The position numbers were made by a program, and so were the translations under genes. Below, in pieces: positions 40,619 through 56,516 of a stretch of DNA of 64,000 bases (positions within the stretch are counted from its first letter, which is position 1; each line of letters begins with the position of its first letter). Below the pieces are notes generated by a model that was given only the letters and a program-made list of their open reading frames with translations, did not search any database and was not told the DNA's origin. The stretch is from Eledone cirrhosa (lineage: Eukaryota), in contig OZ024752.1 in assembly GCA_964016885.1 (NCBI GenBank), forward strand, positions 1,116,001 through 1,180,000. The letters are read 5' to 3'.

Positions 40619-42961
40619 ACATATATATATATGTATATATATGTATTTATATATATATATGTATATATATATAGAGAGAGAGAGAAAGGAAGAGGAGGGG
40701 GAGTACACATTCATACCCACAACCATACACGCATATATAACACACAGTTGAAGACAAAAAAATGTAGAGAAAACTGTTTTCCTAACTCCTCCGGTTTACA
40801 CCTGCAAAATGATGTCGATTTTTCAAAGCTTTATCTTTTAGAATTGAAAACGATGTTTGAAGTTATTTGGTAAATATTGAGTTTTGTATATTGTTTTCAT
40901 ATTTTTGGAGATGATAGTTATAATGTTTTTTGTTTGTTTGTTCTCTGTAAACAGTAGTGATATTAACTGAATATTTCAATAGCATATCACATTGTAAAAA
41001 CAGTCGCAGATATTTTAACGTTTTACATAAATTTAACAAGTAAATATATAATTTTCTAATTTACGTTGTAGAAAAGATTCAATTGCTTGTCTTTTATTCT
41101 ATTTATATTGCTTCTGAAAGAAATGATTAAAAACATCACAAATACAATTTTCAAAATTCCATTTTAATTAAATGTTATTTTCTTCTTCATTTCGTTAATG
41201 TTTAAATGTATGTTGAAACTAGCAATAATAAAGCGTACACATATTGCCCTGTTCGGTTTAAGCGGGAGCTTCATGCTTTAATTTCTTATATTTCTTCAAA
41301 CACACAGGCCCCTGCATATTATTTGCATTTAAGTAGAAAGCAATATCATAGATTTTGAATGCTGAAGGTGTAGCATAATGATGCTAATTGATCTATTGAT
41401 TCTTACGATGACGATGGGCTTGAAACCATGGCGATATATATATATTCCTCTTCTCACTCTTTTCTTTTTATTTATCTTGTATTTCTTACTCCATCCTCTG
41501 ACGAAGGACTAGTGTCCTAAACTTTAAGACTCTCTTCCTGCTATTTCAAGCGTTAAACTAATACATTTAATCAGTGTACTGTGTCGTTGGCTTTGTTATT
41601 TCCGTATACCATTTACATACCTATATACACACACACACATGTTGAAAATCAACACACAACACACACCACACAACACACACACACACACATATATGTATGT
41701 ATCATAATGAAAGCTCCTTAATTGAAACCGTACATACGCTATTTTTTAAGGATTAATGAACGCTTTGTAAGTTAGTAACAATATTAAGGTGAAACTTATG
41801 AACCAGCTTGAGCAACATATTCAAGGTTACCAGCCACAGTTCTTCAAAGAGAGAAAATATATACTTTTGGCTAGAGAAAAATCAGTAGTAGAAAAACATT
41901 CGGCAACATGATACCCGAATGATAGATGAGTATCAATAAGCTTAACTCCAAATCGAACTTCGCCTTATCACTTAGATATAACAATGTTTTACTAATCCTG
42001 TTATGCCATCATTCTCCCAACCATATTTATAGCGAAATGTAATTTATCACCAGAATCCAAATAATTGACAATTTTACAATTATAATTATAGACGTCGCAA
42101 TCCTTTTAATTAGGTTTTGAATCTTTCCAACGTTGCACAGTCATACAATTAATTTACTTGAAGGTTTATCGGATCTCTTTATGATAGACATGTCTAATTT
42201 AAGAGTTAGAATGTGAATTCCGTGTATTTATATTATATATTTACAATACTGAATGCGTAGATTCCATGTCAGCAATTTAAAATCTGTTATAACTTCGACA
42301 ACAGAAAGATAGTATTCAATAATTTCGTCACCTACTGATTTTGCATTGGTCTCACGTATTTCCTACATAGACAAAAAGTGGTGCTATAATTATTTTCGTC
42401 TGAAGAAACATGCTAATTTGGCATTGGCATACAATTATATTATGTTCCTGACTTAAGCTAATACACAAATATCTATTTTCTAGATTATATTTGTTATTAT
42501 TCAATTCCCTTTCATATAGCTCAAATAAATTTAATTAATCATAATTTTTTTTATCGAACACGTTTCTGACAAATGTCTGTTGTGTGTATGTTCCATCATC
42601 GTCCATGTAACGCCTTTCTGAATCAAATGAACTTTTGTTTAATATATTTGAAGCTCGGGAGAATTTTATAATTTATTTTAGCTAGAGAAAACGTGATTAT
42701 TTATTAGGAATTTAGTTACGTTCGTTTCTGTTTGTTCGTTTCGTTTTACCTTGACCTTAAGTGTGTGTTTTATATAAACAAATGTCTGAATTTGGACACC
42801 CTCAAAAGTTTTAAATATATTGAAAGCCCTACAGAAAGATATAATCTATATCTATGTATCTATTTCTCCCCCCCCTCTCTGTATATATATATCTCTGTAT
42901 ATATATATATATAGTAATAATAATAAGTATGAAGACTAAGATCCACACACACACACACACA

Positions 42962-43013
<52 letters not shown>

Positions 43014-43220
43014 AATATACATATACACACACCTATATATATATATACTTTCTTTTGCCTATTTCTGTTTCAATTCTCATGTAAGCTTTTCATCATTCAA
43101 TCTAACGAAATTAATTTCCATTTAGTTGCTGTAGTCGTAGAACGTCCTAAAAATTGCTACGCGTTATTTTATTCCGGATCCTTATATTTCCTCATCAAAT
43201 CCCTCCGAGACCAGCTTTGT

Positions 43221-44970
<1,750 letters not shown>

Positions 44971-45231
44971 TTTGTTGCTGACGATGTTGCAGATGTGCAA
45001 CGAAAGATTTATGTAAATTATGTAAACTATATATATGTGTTTGTGTCTATATTGTATCTGTATTATTTTTGACCGCCGGTCAGTCAATGGCAACATTGAG
45101 GACCGAGTAAGTTAGATCGCAGATATATATATATAAAAGACAGCGAGAAGCGAAAACCAACCAAACAGTGAGTGTGTTCTGTTATTAATTCTGGCAATAT
45201 TACGCAAATATGACCCTCCCCAAATATAACA

Positions 45232-45333
<102 letters not shown>

Positions 45334-45348
45334 GTATATATATATATG

Positions 45349-45460
<112 letters not shown>

Positions 45461-45624
45461 AAAGTTTTATTTAAAATTGTTGGGTTACAACAAGTAAATA
45501 TTTTATAACTGATATAAAGCACTCGAAAAGTTTTTGGAGTAGATATACGATATTAAACAAATGGAAACTATATTTATAAAACCATATTTATTTCATTATA
45601 CATATTTCAGGGATACCATATTAA

Positions 45625-45658
<34 letters not shown>

Positions 45659-45711
45659 GTATATATATATATAGATGTATATGTATATATATATATATAT
45701 ATATGTATATG

Positions 45712-45848
<137 letters not shown>

Positions 45849-46266
45849 ATATATATATATGAGTTCCTTTTCTGAAAATGCCTCATTCTGTTATTAAGAT
45901 GGGATATGCTATTCAAATCATTCTGACTTGTATGAATCCGACATGCTTACATGTTTAACAGCGTGCTTCCCTTTTGCGAGAGACTAAATGATATGGAAAA
46001 ATATATAACTGTGTTAATCTATATATATCCAATTTGGAATGCATATTCTGGATTATATGATTTCTTTTCCATTTTCCATATATACGTTGTCATGGTTCCA
46101 ACATATCTACCTATCTGAATATATTTTATCGATTACCTTATAATAAATCCTTATGATATATGTTAATCTTCCCTATAGAAGCATATACCTAGATATGATC
46201 AGGAGTAAAGGATATTGAAGTCTCTATTTCTCTATATGTATATATATAATATATATGTGTGTGTGT

Positions 46267-46298
<32 letters not shown>

Positions 46299-46361
46299 GG
46301 GGAGAAAGACAGATGCATGCATACACACATTACACGCACATATATCCCGCCATTATTTATA

Positions 46362-46462
<101 letters not shown>

Positions 46463-47132
46463 TTCATTGTGTGTTCAGAATTATTTAATTTGCGTCCAAA
46501 GCTACACACAGATGTTATATAATATATTCAATAAATTCAATTTATACGAAATTATAGTGATCATTTTCTGATAAAAGATTTAATATTGGATGATTTTATC
46601 ATGTTTCATGTAAGCGCATATGTGCCTATTGTATGCTACAGACTGAATAAAACTATCTTTTTCAAAATCCAATCTAAGCTCAGTTGAGAATTAAAATTTA
46701 TTATCGCGCCAGAAAGGCTGAATTGTGTGTCTATAAAATATTGTAATCGTTTTATCTGGTTCTGTTCCTCTTGAGTTGCATGGCGTGTTATCCTGCCGTT
46801 ATAAAACTGTCATCATACTGATATCATACTGTCATCTTGCTGTCATCTTGCTGTCATCTTGCTGTGTTTCTTCAGAGTTGCTGGTGAAACATGTTCATTA
46901 GGTATAAAGGAAGAAAGCTAAACGAGATATGTCTCAAACTAAAAGTAATGTATACACACTCAAGCAAACACAGAAACACACACACACATGCACATACATA
47001 CATGCACACACACAGGCAGACACAGAAACACACACAACCATGCACACATAAAAGTACACATTTCCGCGCACACATACACACATAAACACACACGCACACA
47101 CATATACCAACGTACACCAACGTACACACACA

Positions 47133-47186
<54 letters not shown>

Positions 47187-47276
47187 AAAAATAAAAACAA
47201 CACAGTCAAGTTATTTTACTTACTCATATCATTATTTTACGATGGTTTCGGAGGGTCGATCATATTGACATATTGT

Positions 47277-47388
47277 CTGATCTATAGCAGTTATATAACT
47301 GTATACTATCAGACCTGATCTATGGCAGTTATATAACTGTATACTATCAGACCTGATCTATAGCAGTTATATAACTGTATACTATCAG
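47277..47388. repeat. Three tandem 38-bp units
   Basis: CTGATCTATAGCAGTTATATAACTGTATACTATCAGAC at 47277, 47315 and 47353. Confidence 0.92.
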
Positions 47389-48679
47389 CACAAAGAGTAG
47401 ACTACACTGAAAAATATATATAAATTACTGTATGTTCAATATGTTTCATTTCTCGTTATATTTTCCACATAGACCCAGTCATACTGGAAACTAGTTTTAT
47501 ATATTTGTACGACCTATCAAGAAACTTCTGTGATAAATGCCACCTGTTGTAATGTAGTAGACCATGTCAAGCAAAGTCCCTGGCTCTTATATATATATAT
47601 ATTACGCTACTTTTATTCACGTGTGACTATATGGTTTTTAAGCGGGTAGGTGTCTGTTACCTTAATTGATATGACACTAACTCGTCACGGTGAAAATGTG
47701 TAACATCAATTGCCGGAATAAAATTATATATTCTGTTCATCTGTTGAAGCCTATTTCTTTCAAAATGAATACACTTCGTAGTCCAGGGACTATTCATTTA
47801 TATATATAGTCAACTAGTACCATACATTCTGGAATAAAATTTCATTTGGTGAATCGGAACATACAATTGCAAGGTTTAATAAAATAAACGAGGAAGTATT
47901 CAGTGTCCCAGCTCTTTATTCCGTAACGCCCGCTTCTGTAATATTCCTGCTCGCAGCTGTGGTATTATGCAAATATTTATACGCAGGGAGTTGCATAACT
48001 AATTATAACTGGACTGAGAAATTTTCATTTCAACAGAAACATAAATAGAACTGAATTCAGAATCAATTTGCATATAATTATAACGAGTGTCGTTATATAT
48101 CCCGAAAACCATTAAAGAATATTGCATGAATATAAATAACCAACGACTCAACGGAATTGGTGTGTATAGCTTGATGCGAAGTCAGAATTGAAAAAATACA
48201 TCAAATAACAAACAAACAAAATGCAAAAATATTTACAATTTTCGGATTTTTTAACTCTATCTTTTGTTTGAATCTTTTTTATTTACTAACATATTTTCTT
48301 ATGTCTTTTCATGTAGTTTTAAATTTCTGTATCATTATTCTATGTATTTTTTAATTCGGAGTTCGCACCACTGAGGCAGAGGGTCCCAACAGACAGATAT
48401 AGTACATGCTTTGTGCAATCATTTCTCTCTTTCTTACTCCCAGTCTCCTTAATCTTTATTCGGTATATATTTCCTTTCTAAGATCCGACTCTAGAAATCT
48501 AACTATGGATACCAGGAGAGGGGCATGCATGTATATAAAATGTATGTCTATAATAAAGAACTGATATTCTGACGAGATGAAACAATCGTTTCATCATACC
48601 ATATGTTTTGCATATATAGTATTATTTCGAGTTGTCGAGCTGGATTGAAAACCTTCTAACGAGTATACTGCATTACATT

Positions 48680-48863
48680 GAATTGGCAGTATCGGTAGAG
48701 GGTTGGACGCCAATCTTTCTAGCATAGTTACGTCCCTTTACAGTCTGAGTTCAAATCCCGCCGAGGTTAACTTTTCCTTTCATCCTTACGGGGTCGATAA
48801 AATAAAGTACCAGTAAAGTACTGGGTAATTGCTGGCCTTGTGCCTAAAGTAGAAACAAATATT
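48680..48863 (+). mobile_element. SINE family 1
   Basis: Consensus match. Confidence 0.9.
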
Positions 48864-49413
48864 ATAAAGTGTGGGTAAATTTATATTGTAGGCGAAAGAA
48901 TAAAACTACATGAGTACTAATAGCCACTCTAACAAAAATAATCCCAAACTCCATCATATCAGCAAATGCTTGAGAACTTGCTTGGGAACTTAGCAAAATG
49001 AAACGCTTTTAAAATACATGTATTTATAGATTAAAAAAAAAAGATTTATGGCCCAAACATACTGACAAAACAAACAGGATGAGAGTCGAAGCGAATGTAA
49101 TCTATAGGTTACATAGAAGCAGCTCTTTATGTTAATCTTTAAAAATGTAAGAATAGGTTTGGCAAATACACTATGAGTCATTCATGTTAAAGATTGATTT
49201 TTATTATTTGTTTTACTGAAATTTATTTTAGGTTTTTCAGGTGACCACGTTATCGTTTATAGATACTTTGAATTTTAGTATTGTGGTATACGAGAGGGCT
49301 ATTTTTGGTTCAATCTAATGAACCAGAATTCAATATATATATATATTGAACATATATATATATATATATATGTTCAATATATATATATATTGAATTCAAT
49401 ATATATATATTGA

Positions 49414-49444
<31 letters not shown>

Positions 49445-50289
49445 ACATACGAGGTGAATGATTTATATATATAGGATACAACTAAGTTGAGGGAAAGAAA
49501 AAAGTTATGAATAAAGGTTGATATCGAAATAAGTTGTGGAAATGTTATGGGTTGAAAATGTAAGATAACACAGAATGTAGTATTATTGCTTATAGTGAAA
49601 ACAGAAGTGGTTACAAGGATTTAATGTAGAAAATGAGATTATTCACTCTGTGAAACTGATATCAACGCTATATAGGGGCAACTATTACACATTTTTCATC
49701 TTAAAAGATGAGGTTAGTAGTTCAAAAATTGTATCTGCATAGATAAACTACAGTTTACAAGCGAAAACCTTTTCCTCCCCTTTTAACATATCAGAATACA
49801 TTGTTATTTTAATTTATCGTTTATTCCTTCCTCGCCTCGGTTTCTATACATTTATTGACCTTTCCGTATTATGGTTTAAACTGAGTACACAATCCACCAC
49901 ATATTATATTATTATCTGTGTTGTGTTTAATTATAATGGATAGCGCCGCCTTCCGAATGTATTTACATAATGACTATGATGCTTGCGTATAAATCTAAAG
50001 TAGCTATCCCTTTTAAAAACTGCTTTCTTTTCTCACTTCTCATGTTTTTATCCTCTATTTCAGTAATGAAGGGCAGATAATATACTCATATCTGGTAAAT
50101 CAGTAAATTGTTTATGTATACATCAAACATGCCTTAACCAGCACTGCGAACACCCGACCGAGTACTGTAATGTTTACTCTGAGATTTCACTATAAAATAT
50201 AAGCTGGCAAAGCTGGTTTTCATTCGATGTTATACACGCCTTACAATTCACCAATATTATCTTCCGATCTGAACAAATAACGTTTCACA

Positions 50290-50426
50290 TAATTGTTTCT
50301 ACTTTAGACACAAGGCCAGCAATTACCCAGTGCATTACTGGTACTTTATTTTATCGACTCCGTAAAGATGAAAGGCAAAGTCAATCTCGGCGGGATTTGT
50401 GGTTGACTTTGCCTTTCATCCTTACG
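50290..50426 (-). mobile_element. 5'-truncated SINE family 1 with inverted terminal segment
   Basis: Minus copy 50290-50399, plus-strand segment 50401-50426, TSD ACGTTTCACA. Confidence 0.85.
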
Positions 50427-52293
50427 TTTCACACAATATAGGAAAAAATGTTTAAGTATTTTCGTGTCATGAGAAATGCTCTACAGTCACCGTATTTCTC
50501 TCTTTCAATACAGCACCGTATTAAGAAGATTTAATATATCAAGGTAAATTGACACTTCGCTAAAAACCAAAGATATTCTTTCCTTTGCAGGCAAACGCAT
50601 ATTAAAAAATACGAAAGCAAAATTGAATTTAATTGGAGAAATCTTCAAAAATATTGTTAAAAAAATGTTATAGGAATTACACGATATCTGAAAGTGTGAA
50701 AATCTATATTTCGTATGAAATTAATGTTTTCTTTGACATGTATTGATGCTTTCGATATAGGAAAATATTCGTGTTAGTTATCTGTGAATTCGTTTTTATT
50801 AATTCCCGATAGGAAAATGTGCAAAGACTAATGACATTTTAAGGTTTCAAAGACTTGAAATAAAAATTCTCCGAAGTCAAATAATTAGAGGCTGTTTTAT
50901 GTCATAATTTTCAACTACTATGTATGAAGGTATTCCTTATATAATTTGCATTTGAAATATCTCAGAGAGATAAAGCTCCTATAAATCGTATTACAGAAAT
51001 GCGGGCATTATTTATAATTGAATTGTAACACTTTTGGAATATTCAAAATACAGAAAGCTTGCAGATATAAGAAAATATATTGTAAAATGTCAGTAAATTC
51101 TTCAGAAACAAACTTGTCTATACGTAGCAAAATATATTGAGGTTAAATATATATTACATATTCATTGCTTAACAAGTAACACAATCTCATGGAATTTACA
51201 TAGAAGTAAATTATGATAAATAAATGTACAATAGGATATGCAGGCGGGTGAAAAATGAACTATTCCGATTTGTCATCTCATGACATTAGATCGAATAACA
51301 TATTATCGTTTGGATGGATGTGCACTTGTAATGAGAAACGACACAGAGAGAATAGGAAATAGAAAAATAAAATATTATTTTTAAAGGAAATTGTACAGTC
51401 CTAAATTATGTATTTTCCACTTACACTTTACAACAGGCATATCCCGAGGACTTTTATTTTTGTAAGTATTGTAATGGCAATATGAGTGCTCCTTACGACG
51501 CACTTCGCGGAAACGCAATGCAATTTTCAGGACTGAATAACTCTAGGCATTTAGAAAGCAATTCAATGTTTGAAATCTGCAGAAAAATATAGTATTTTGG
51601 TAAATATTTAAGACATGAATCATTAATATACAATGGAAACTTTGATTTTTCGCTTTCTCCGAAATATCTTATTAGGCAATGAAGTCACTTGTGTCAGCCT
51701 CTCGGCGCATAATTATATTGCCAACATCATATTCTCATTAAACCAAACTTTACCTCCATCAACCACCACGGAAAGAATGTACTTATTGCCAACATCTTTA
51801 GTTTTAAATGCATTCCTCAATTCTATCACTGCATACAAATCACGCAACACACTAGTGAATGTGGTCACTTGAAGAAAATATTGACGGTATGTGTGTGATA
51901 ATAATATTCCTTGGTTAATTGACTTCTTAATGGTTGGAAGGTGTGAGTGAATATGTTGGCAAGAGACAATAAACACATTGTCATTTTGGCATATGCTGAA
52001 GTAGTAAAACGAATGTCTCATCATGTATGTGATACTAAGTTCAGATTCCTACTTACCTGCATACTAATGTAAATTGAAAATAACATTTATTTCACTATGT
52101 TTCCTTGCTATTCAACAAGAAATTGGTGGTTTATGTTCATACACACACACAGACATACATATATACATACATACATATATTCTCCCCTCCCCTATATATA
52201 CATATATATGAAGTAGTGAAGAAGATTTCATATAAAGTTAATGTTTACTTAATAAATGATTTTCTAGTTTCACCAGGTTTTAGCTCTAACTAA

Positions 52294-52684
52294 AATAGTT
52301 TCTTATTTTGGCACAAGACCAGCAGTTATCCCAGTGCATTACTGGTACTTTATTTAATCGACCCCGTAAGTATGAAAGGGAAAGTTAACGTCAGCGGGAT
52401 TTGAATTCAGAACATAAATGGCTAAGCATGGTGTTTGACGCTCTACCGATACTGCCAATTGAAATGGAGATAGAAATGTGACAGAAATTAAGGTGGCTGA
52501 GAGGAGTGTCGGTAGAGGATCGGATGCCATGATTTACACCATAGAGTTATGGCCCTTTATGGTCTGAGTTCAAATCCCGCCGAGGGTAACATTGCATTTC
52601 ATTCTTACGGGGTCGATAAAATAGACTACCAGTTATACACTGGGATGATTGCTGGCCTTGTGCCAAAAGTAGAAATAATTATTC
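52294..52684. mobile_element. Two head-to-head SINE family 1 copies (52294-52460 -, 52492-52684 +)
   Basis: Diverged consensus matches in opposite orientation. Confidence 0.85.
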
Positions 52685-53117
52685 ATTCATCTTGGACAAT
52701 GCGACATATATATCCGAGTATATTTTTCTATCTATATAATGATCGTAATTGTCACAATAACACAATTACTTGCATTCAGTTTCCTACTTCTTTCATTCTG
52801 CTTCTCTCATGTCTATGTAGAATTTATTATAAATTCGACTATTCACTTTTCATTAACATTTTAAAATGACGACCCCTCTTTATTCAAGAGTATCAATTCG
52901 CTTATGGTATACACATTCGAAATTACCACTGGCAAGGGTTCACTCGAAATATTTTCCTTGGTTTGAGAAGTCCGCTTAGGAAGTGTGAAATCTCACGATG
53001 AAGGATATCCTAAATTATTGGAATATCCAAGCTGCTGTTAAACAGCGAAACAGCAGACAGTATCTAGGATCTAGCTGTCGAAATGGCCGGAGCTCAGCCG
53101 TCGGGGCCCTCAATCTC

Positions 53118-53160
<43 letters not shown>

Positions 53161-53289
53161 ATGTTCAACCCCGACGGCAGAGCTCAAGCCGTTTCGACGG
53201 CTATTTCTGGACTCATATATATATATATCATAAACCACAATAATTTCGGAGCGTATTTGCCACGATTCGTACACAGTTTTGAATTTTTG

Positions 53290-54480
53290 TTAGCAAAAAA
53301 TTCAACTCGGCCTCTTTAAATCCAACCCACAAATGCCTCATCCAGCATTTTTACAAAAGCTGTTTTCTTTATTTTCTTTATTTTCTTTATTTTCAATAAA
53401 TATGTTTGAAGAAATCTTTATGGTTATTCATTGACTTGACATATTGCTTCAAACCTAATTTGAAATGCAAGAGCGTTGGGAACACTTTATTTGGTTCAAC
53501 TAGTTTTTTGTGTAAAATTTTATTCGATCCATAACTGGGTTTCCTTTTAAGAGGCCATAATTCCACTGTCAATGCATGTCACGTCTTCTACGATACCATT
53601 TGCATAAGAACCATCACAAATTAGTGTGTCCTCTCTGAATGGTGGCCAAGTTACATGTAAAGAAAATTGAGATTTCCTTCGAAATGTACATCTGTAGATG
53701 TCATAATTGATTTTTTAATAGAAGCATTTAGGCTTTCTTAAGTTACTTTGAAATAAACAGAAATAACTACAGTTATCCATGAAATGTTATTATGAATTAG
53801 CACCCCTTTAAGACTAACCATGGAAAAATAAATGAATGATTCCCTATACTAGTTTAGTTCGTATTGTATAACTCGCATTCCAATCCCATAAATAAGGTAC
53901 AAAACCCAGAGCATCCATTTCTGAAACACACGGCAAGAAAACCTTCTTGCATTCTGTACAAGGCAAACGATGTATAGATATCAATCAACTGTTGTTTTGC
54001 AGAATAGAAACGAACAGTTCTGATGATTCATTCTACAGATTGAAATCTCTACCTGATTGTTCTAATAGTTTATATTTATAAATGCTTTTGTTCGGATATT
54101 GATTTTAATCTCAATTTGAATGATTCCAGATGTTGTAAAATAGCAAATGTCAAGAATGGTAAGATCATAAGTTATGAGTAATTTTGTTGTTGGAAACATG
54201 AACAAAAGTAATTATTATAGATATGATTTATACGCTATGGTCTCATGCTAGTTATTTTACAAGTTAGTTTCTTCTTATACATGAACCCTACTTCTAAATG
54301 CTAAAACAATTTGTGGATCCCAATATTTATCTTGATCTCTTAACTTCATTCCTCATTCAGTGTAGTAGGTCGTCTTAGAAACTTGCACGTTCTTTATTTC
54401 AATATTTTTCTTGGAAATCAGTAAGATGATGATAGTGTTAATATGTAGTATTTTACATCTAAACGAATACATGAAGACTG
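53290..54480 (-). pseudogene. Degenerate DNA transposase relic, Chapaev3-like (CMC superfamily)
   Basis: Colinear minus-strand motifs KLRDQDKYWDPQIV, RDFNL*NESSELFVSIL, SLK/GVLIHNN, FLCKWYRR and LVEPNKVFPTLLHFKLGLKQYVKSM. They match recalled consensus blocks GDQDKxWAPH, LKAVLLHN, CFLCxWDSR and LPPLHIKLGLMKQFVKAL. The family name is from memory. Confidence 0.7.
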
Positions 54481-54552
54481 AATTTTGCAATAGCATACCT
54501 TAGATCAAATAAAATATTCAACTTAGTTCACCATATATTATTATTTATATAA

Positions 54553-54938
54553 GGGCGGTAGAGCGTCGGACACTATGCTTTGCAGCATAAAATTATGGCC
54601 CTTTACGTTATGATTTCAAATCTCACCGAGGTTAGCTTTGCTTTTCATCCTTACGTGGTCGGTAAACTGAAGTATCCATATGGCATTGGGGTCGATTTAA
54701 TTGACTTTCTCCTCTCCCCAAATTGCTGATTGTGCCTGTAGTAGGAATCATTATTTGGCAGTATCGGTAGAGGGTTGGACGTCATGCTTTGCAGCAAAGA
54801 GTTACCGCCCTTTATGGTCTGAGTTCATATCCCGCCGAGGTTAACTTTGCCTTTCATCCTTACGGGGTCGATAAAATAAAGTACCAGTAATGCACTGGGA
54901 TAATTGCTGGCTTTGTGCCAAAAAGTAGAACCAATTAT
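54553..54938 (+). mobile_element. Two tandem SINE family 1 copies (older 54553-54752, younger 54755-54938)
   Basis: Two consecutive consensus matches. Confidence 0.85.
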
Positions 54939-55181
54939 GTATATACGTTCGAATAATATATCTATTAAATGAGAATCGATTGGATCTATTTTAACTGTGA
55001 AGATTCCTTCAATTTGCGTTCAGAAGGGATGACATGTGCAATTCAAAAACTCACCAGAATCTTCATGTTTATATATGAGTGGACTAAATAGTTTTATAAA
55101 CATCTTAATAAATACATGTGTGGGATGATTGTGACATAATTGTTATGTTAAATATGAGGTTCAATTTATAGGTATTAGATA

Positions 55182-55262
55182 TATTGGGTCAAGTATGAAA
55201 TTTGTAGAAATTCTTTTTTTTCTACAAATGTCTACAAATTTCATACTTGACGACCCAAAATA
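55182..55262. mobile_element. About 80-bp MITE-like inverted repeat, possibly mariner-derived
   Basis: TA-TTGGGTCAAGTATGAAATTTGTAGA ... TCTACAAATTTCATACTTGACGACCCAAAA-TA. Confidence 0.5.
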
Positions 55263-56461
55263 TGAACAACAATATGAACAACGTATATCCAATCGCAACA
55301 GTATACTTCTAAAATATCAATGAAGTTGCATTAAAAAAATAACTCCATGGAACAATTTTATCCATACTCAAACTGAAAATTATTTATAAATATAATCTAT
55401 TTCTCGTCATCTCATCGCGGACAATTCTGTTCATATGTATTCTAAACTGCGCAAATATTCTACAAGGATTTACAGATTAAGTACCTATACAGCTAACACA
55501 TCACGCAAAGATATTTTATTCCTTTCTTTAATATTTCGTATCTTCTCACCTAAGATTTTACTGACATATTCTCGTTTAATCCTACAGATCGAATGGTAAA
55601 CCTGATTTCCTTAGATGACGACTAACCAATCTATGACCAAAATGACTCAATCAATAAAAACGTGTTATTGATGCTGTTTTTCTGCTGAGCATTGATGCGT
55701 GAGAGCTAATAGTGATGTTCACATAGATTATTAATGAAATAAATGTGTGATTAACAGTATATTGCTGCAGGGTCTAATTCAATTTTAGATACTGTGCCAT
55801 TTCCAATTACAGAATTAGAAATTTATTTCTACCTCAGTAAATTCCGTTCTTGCATTAAGCAAATCAATCAAGGAATAAATCGATAGTTGGCAATGGATAA
55901 AATAATTTAGAGCATCTTAAACGATTCAAAAACTATTCTCGTATTTTATAGGAAGATTCTAATTTTATGTATCTATATATAAAATTATGATTATTTATAT
56001 AATTTACTTGAAAGATACTAACACTTTGACATAATAGGTTTGACGAAAATTGTATTATTCAAAAGACTTTACAAAATTAAAGTGTAAAATGATCGTAAGT
56101 TGATGTCATCCAATAGAAATAAATATCGAATTTCTCACAAATAATTGTCAGTAGAGGAGATATTGGTAATATGTTAGAGCAATATAATTACCTATATTTC
56201 CATCTCAATAACCATCGTGAAATGACATTAAAACTTCCAGCAGTTTCATAATAACATTGACAAGGCTAACTTTGCTGCTTTAAGAAATTACTAAAGATTA
56301 ATCGAAATCTATGTTTAGAAGATAAATGCATGTAACAATGGATGCATTGGATATCGAACCAATATCGATCACAAACCATATTAGCAGCTGTCTGAAGCAT
56401 AGGTACAGAAGCAGGAGATTTTGGAGATGAATGGATAAATAAATAAAATAAAATATGTTGT

Positions 56462-56516
<55 letters not shown>

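Noticed and set aside
47277-47388. CRISPR-like palindromic repeat array
   Set aside because: Units are contiguous with no spacers, there are no cas genes, and the context is eukaryotic.
48566-48596. CTGACGAGATGAAAC hammerhead-like string
   Set aside because: No stem II; it is a simple hairpin GATGAAAC/GTTTCATC.
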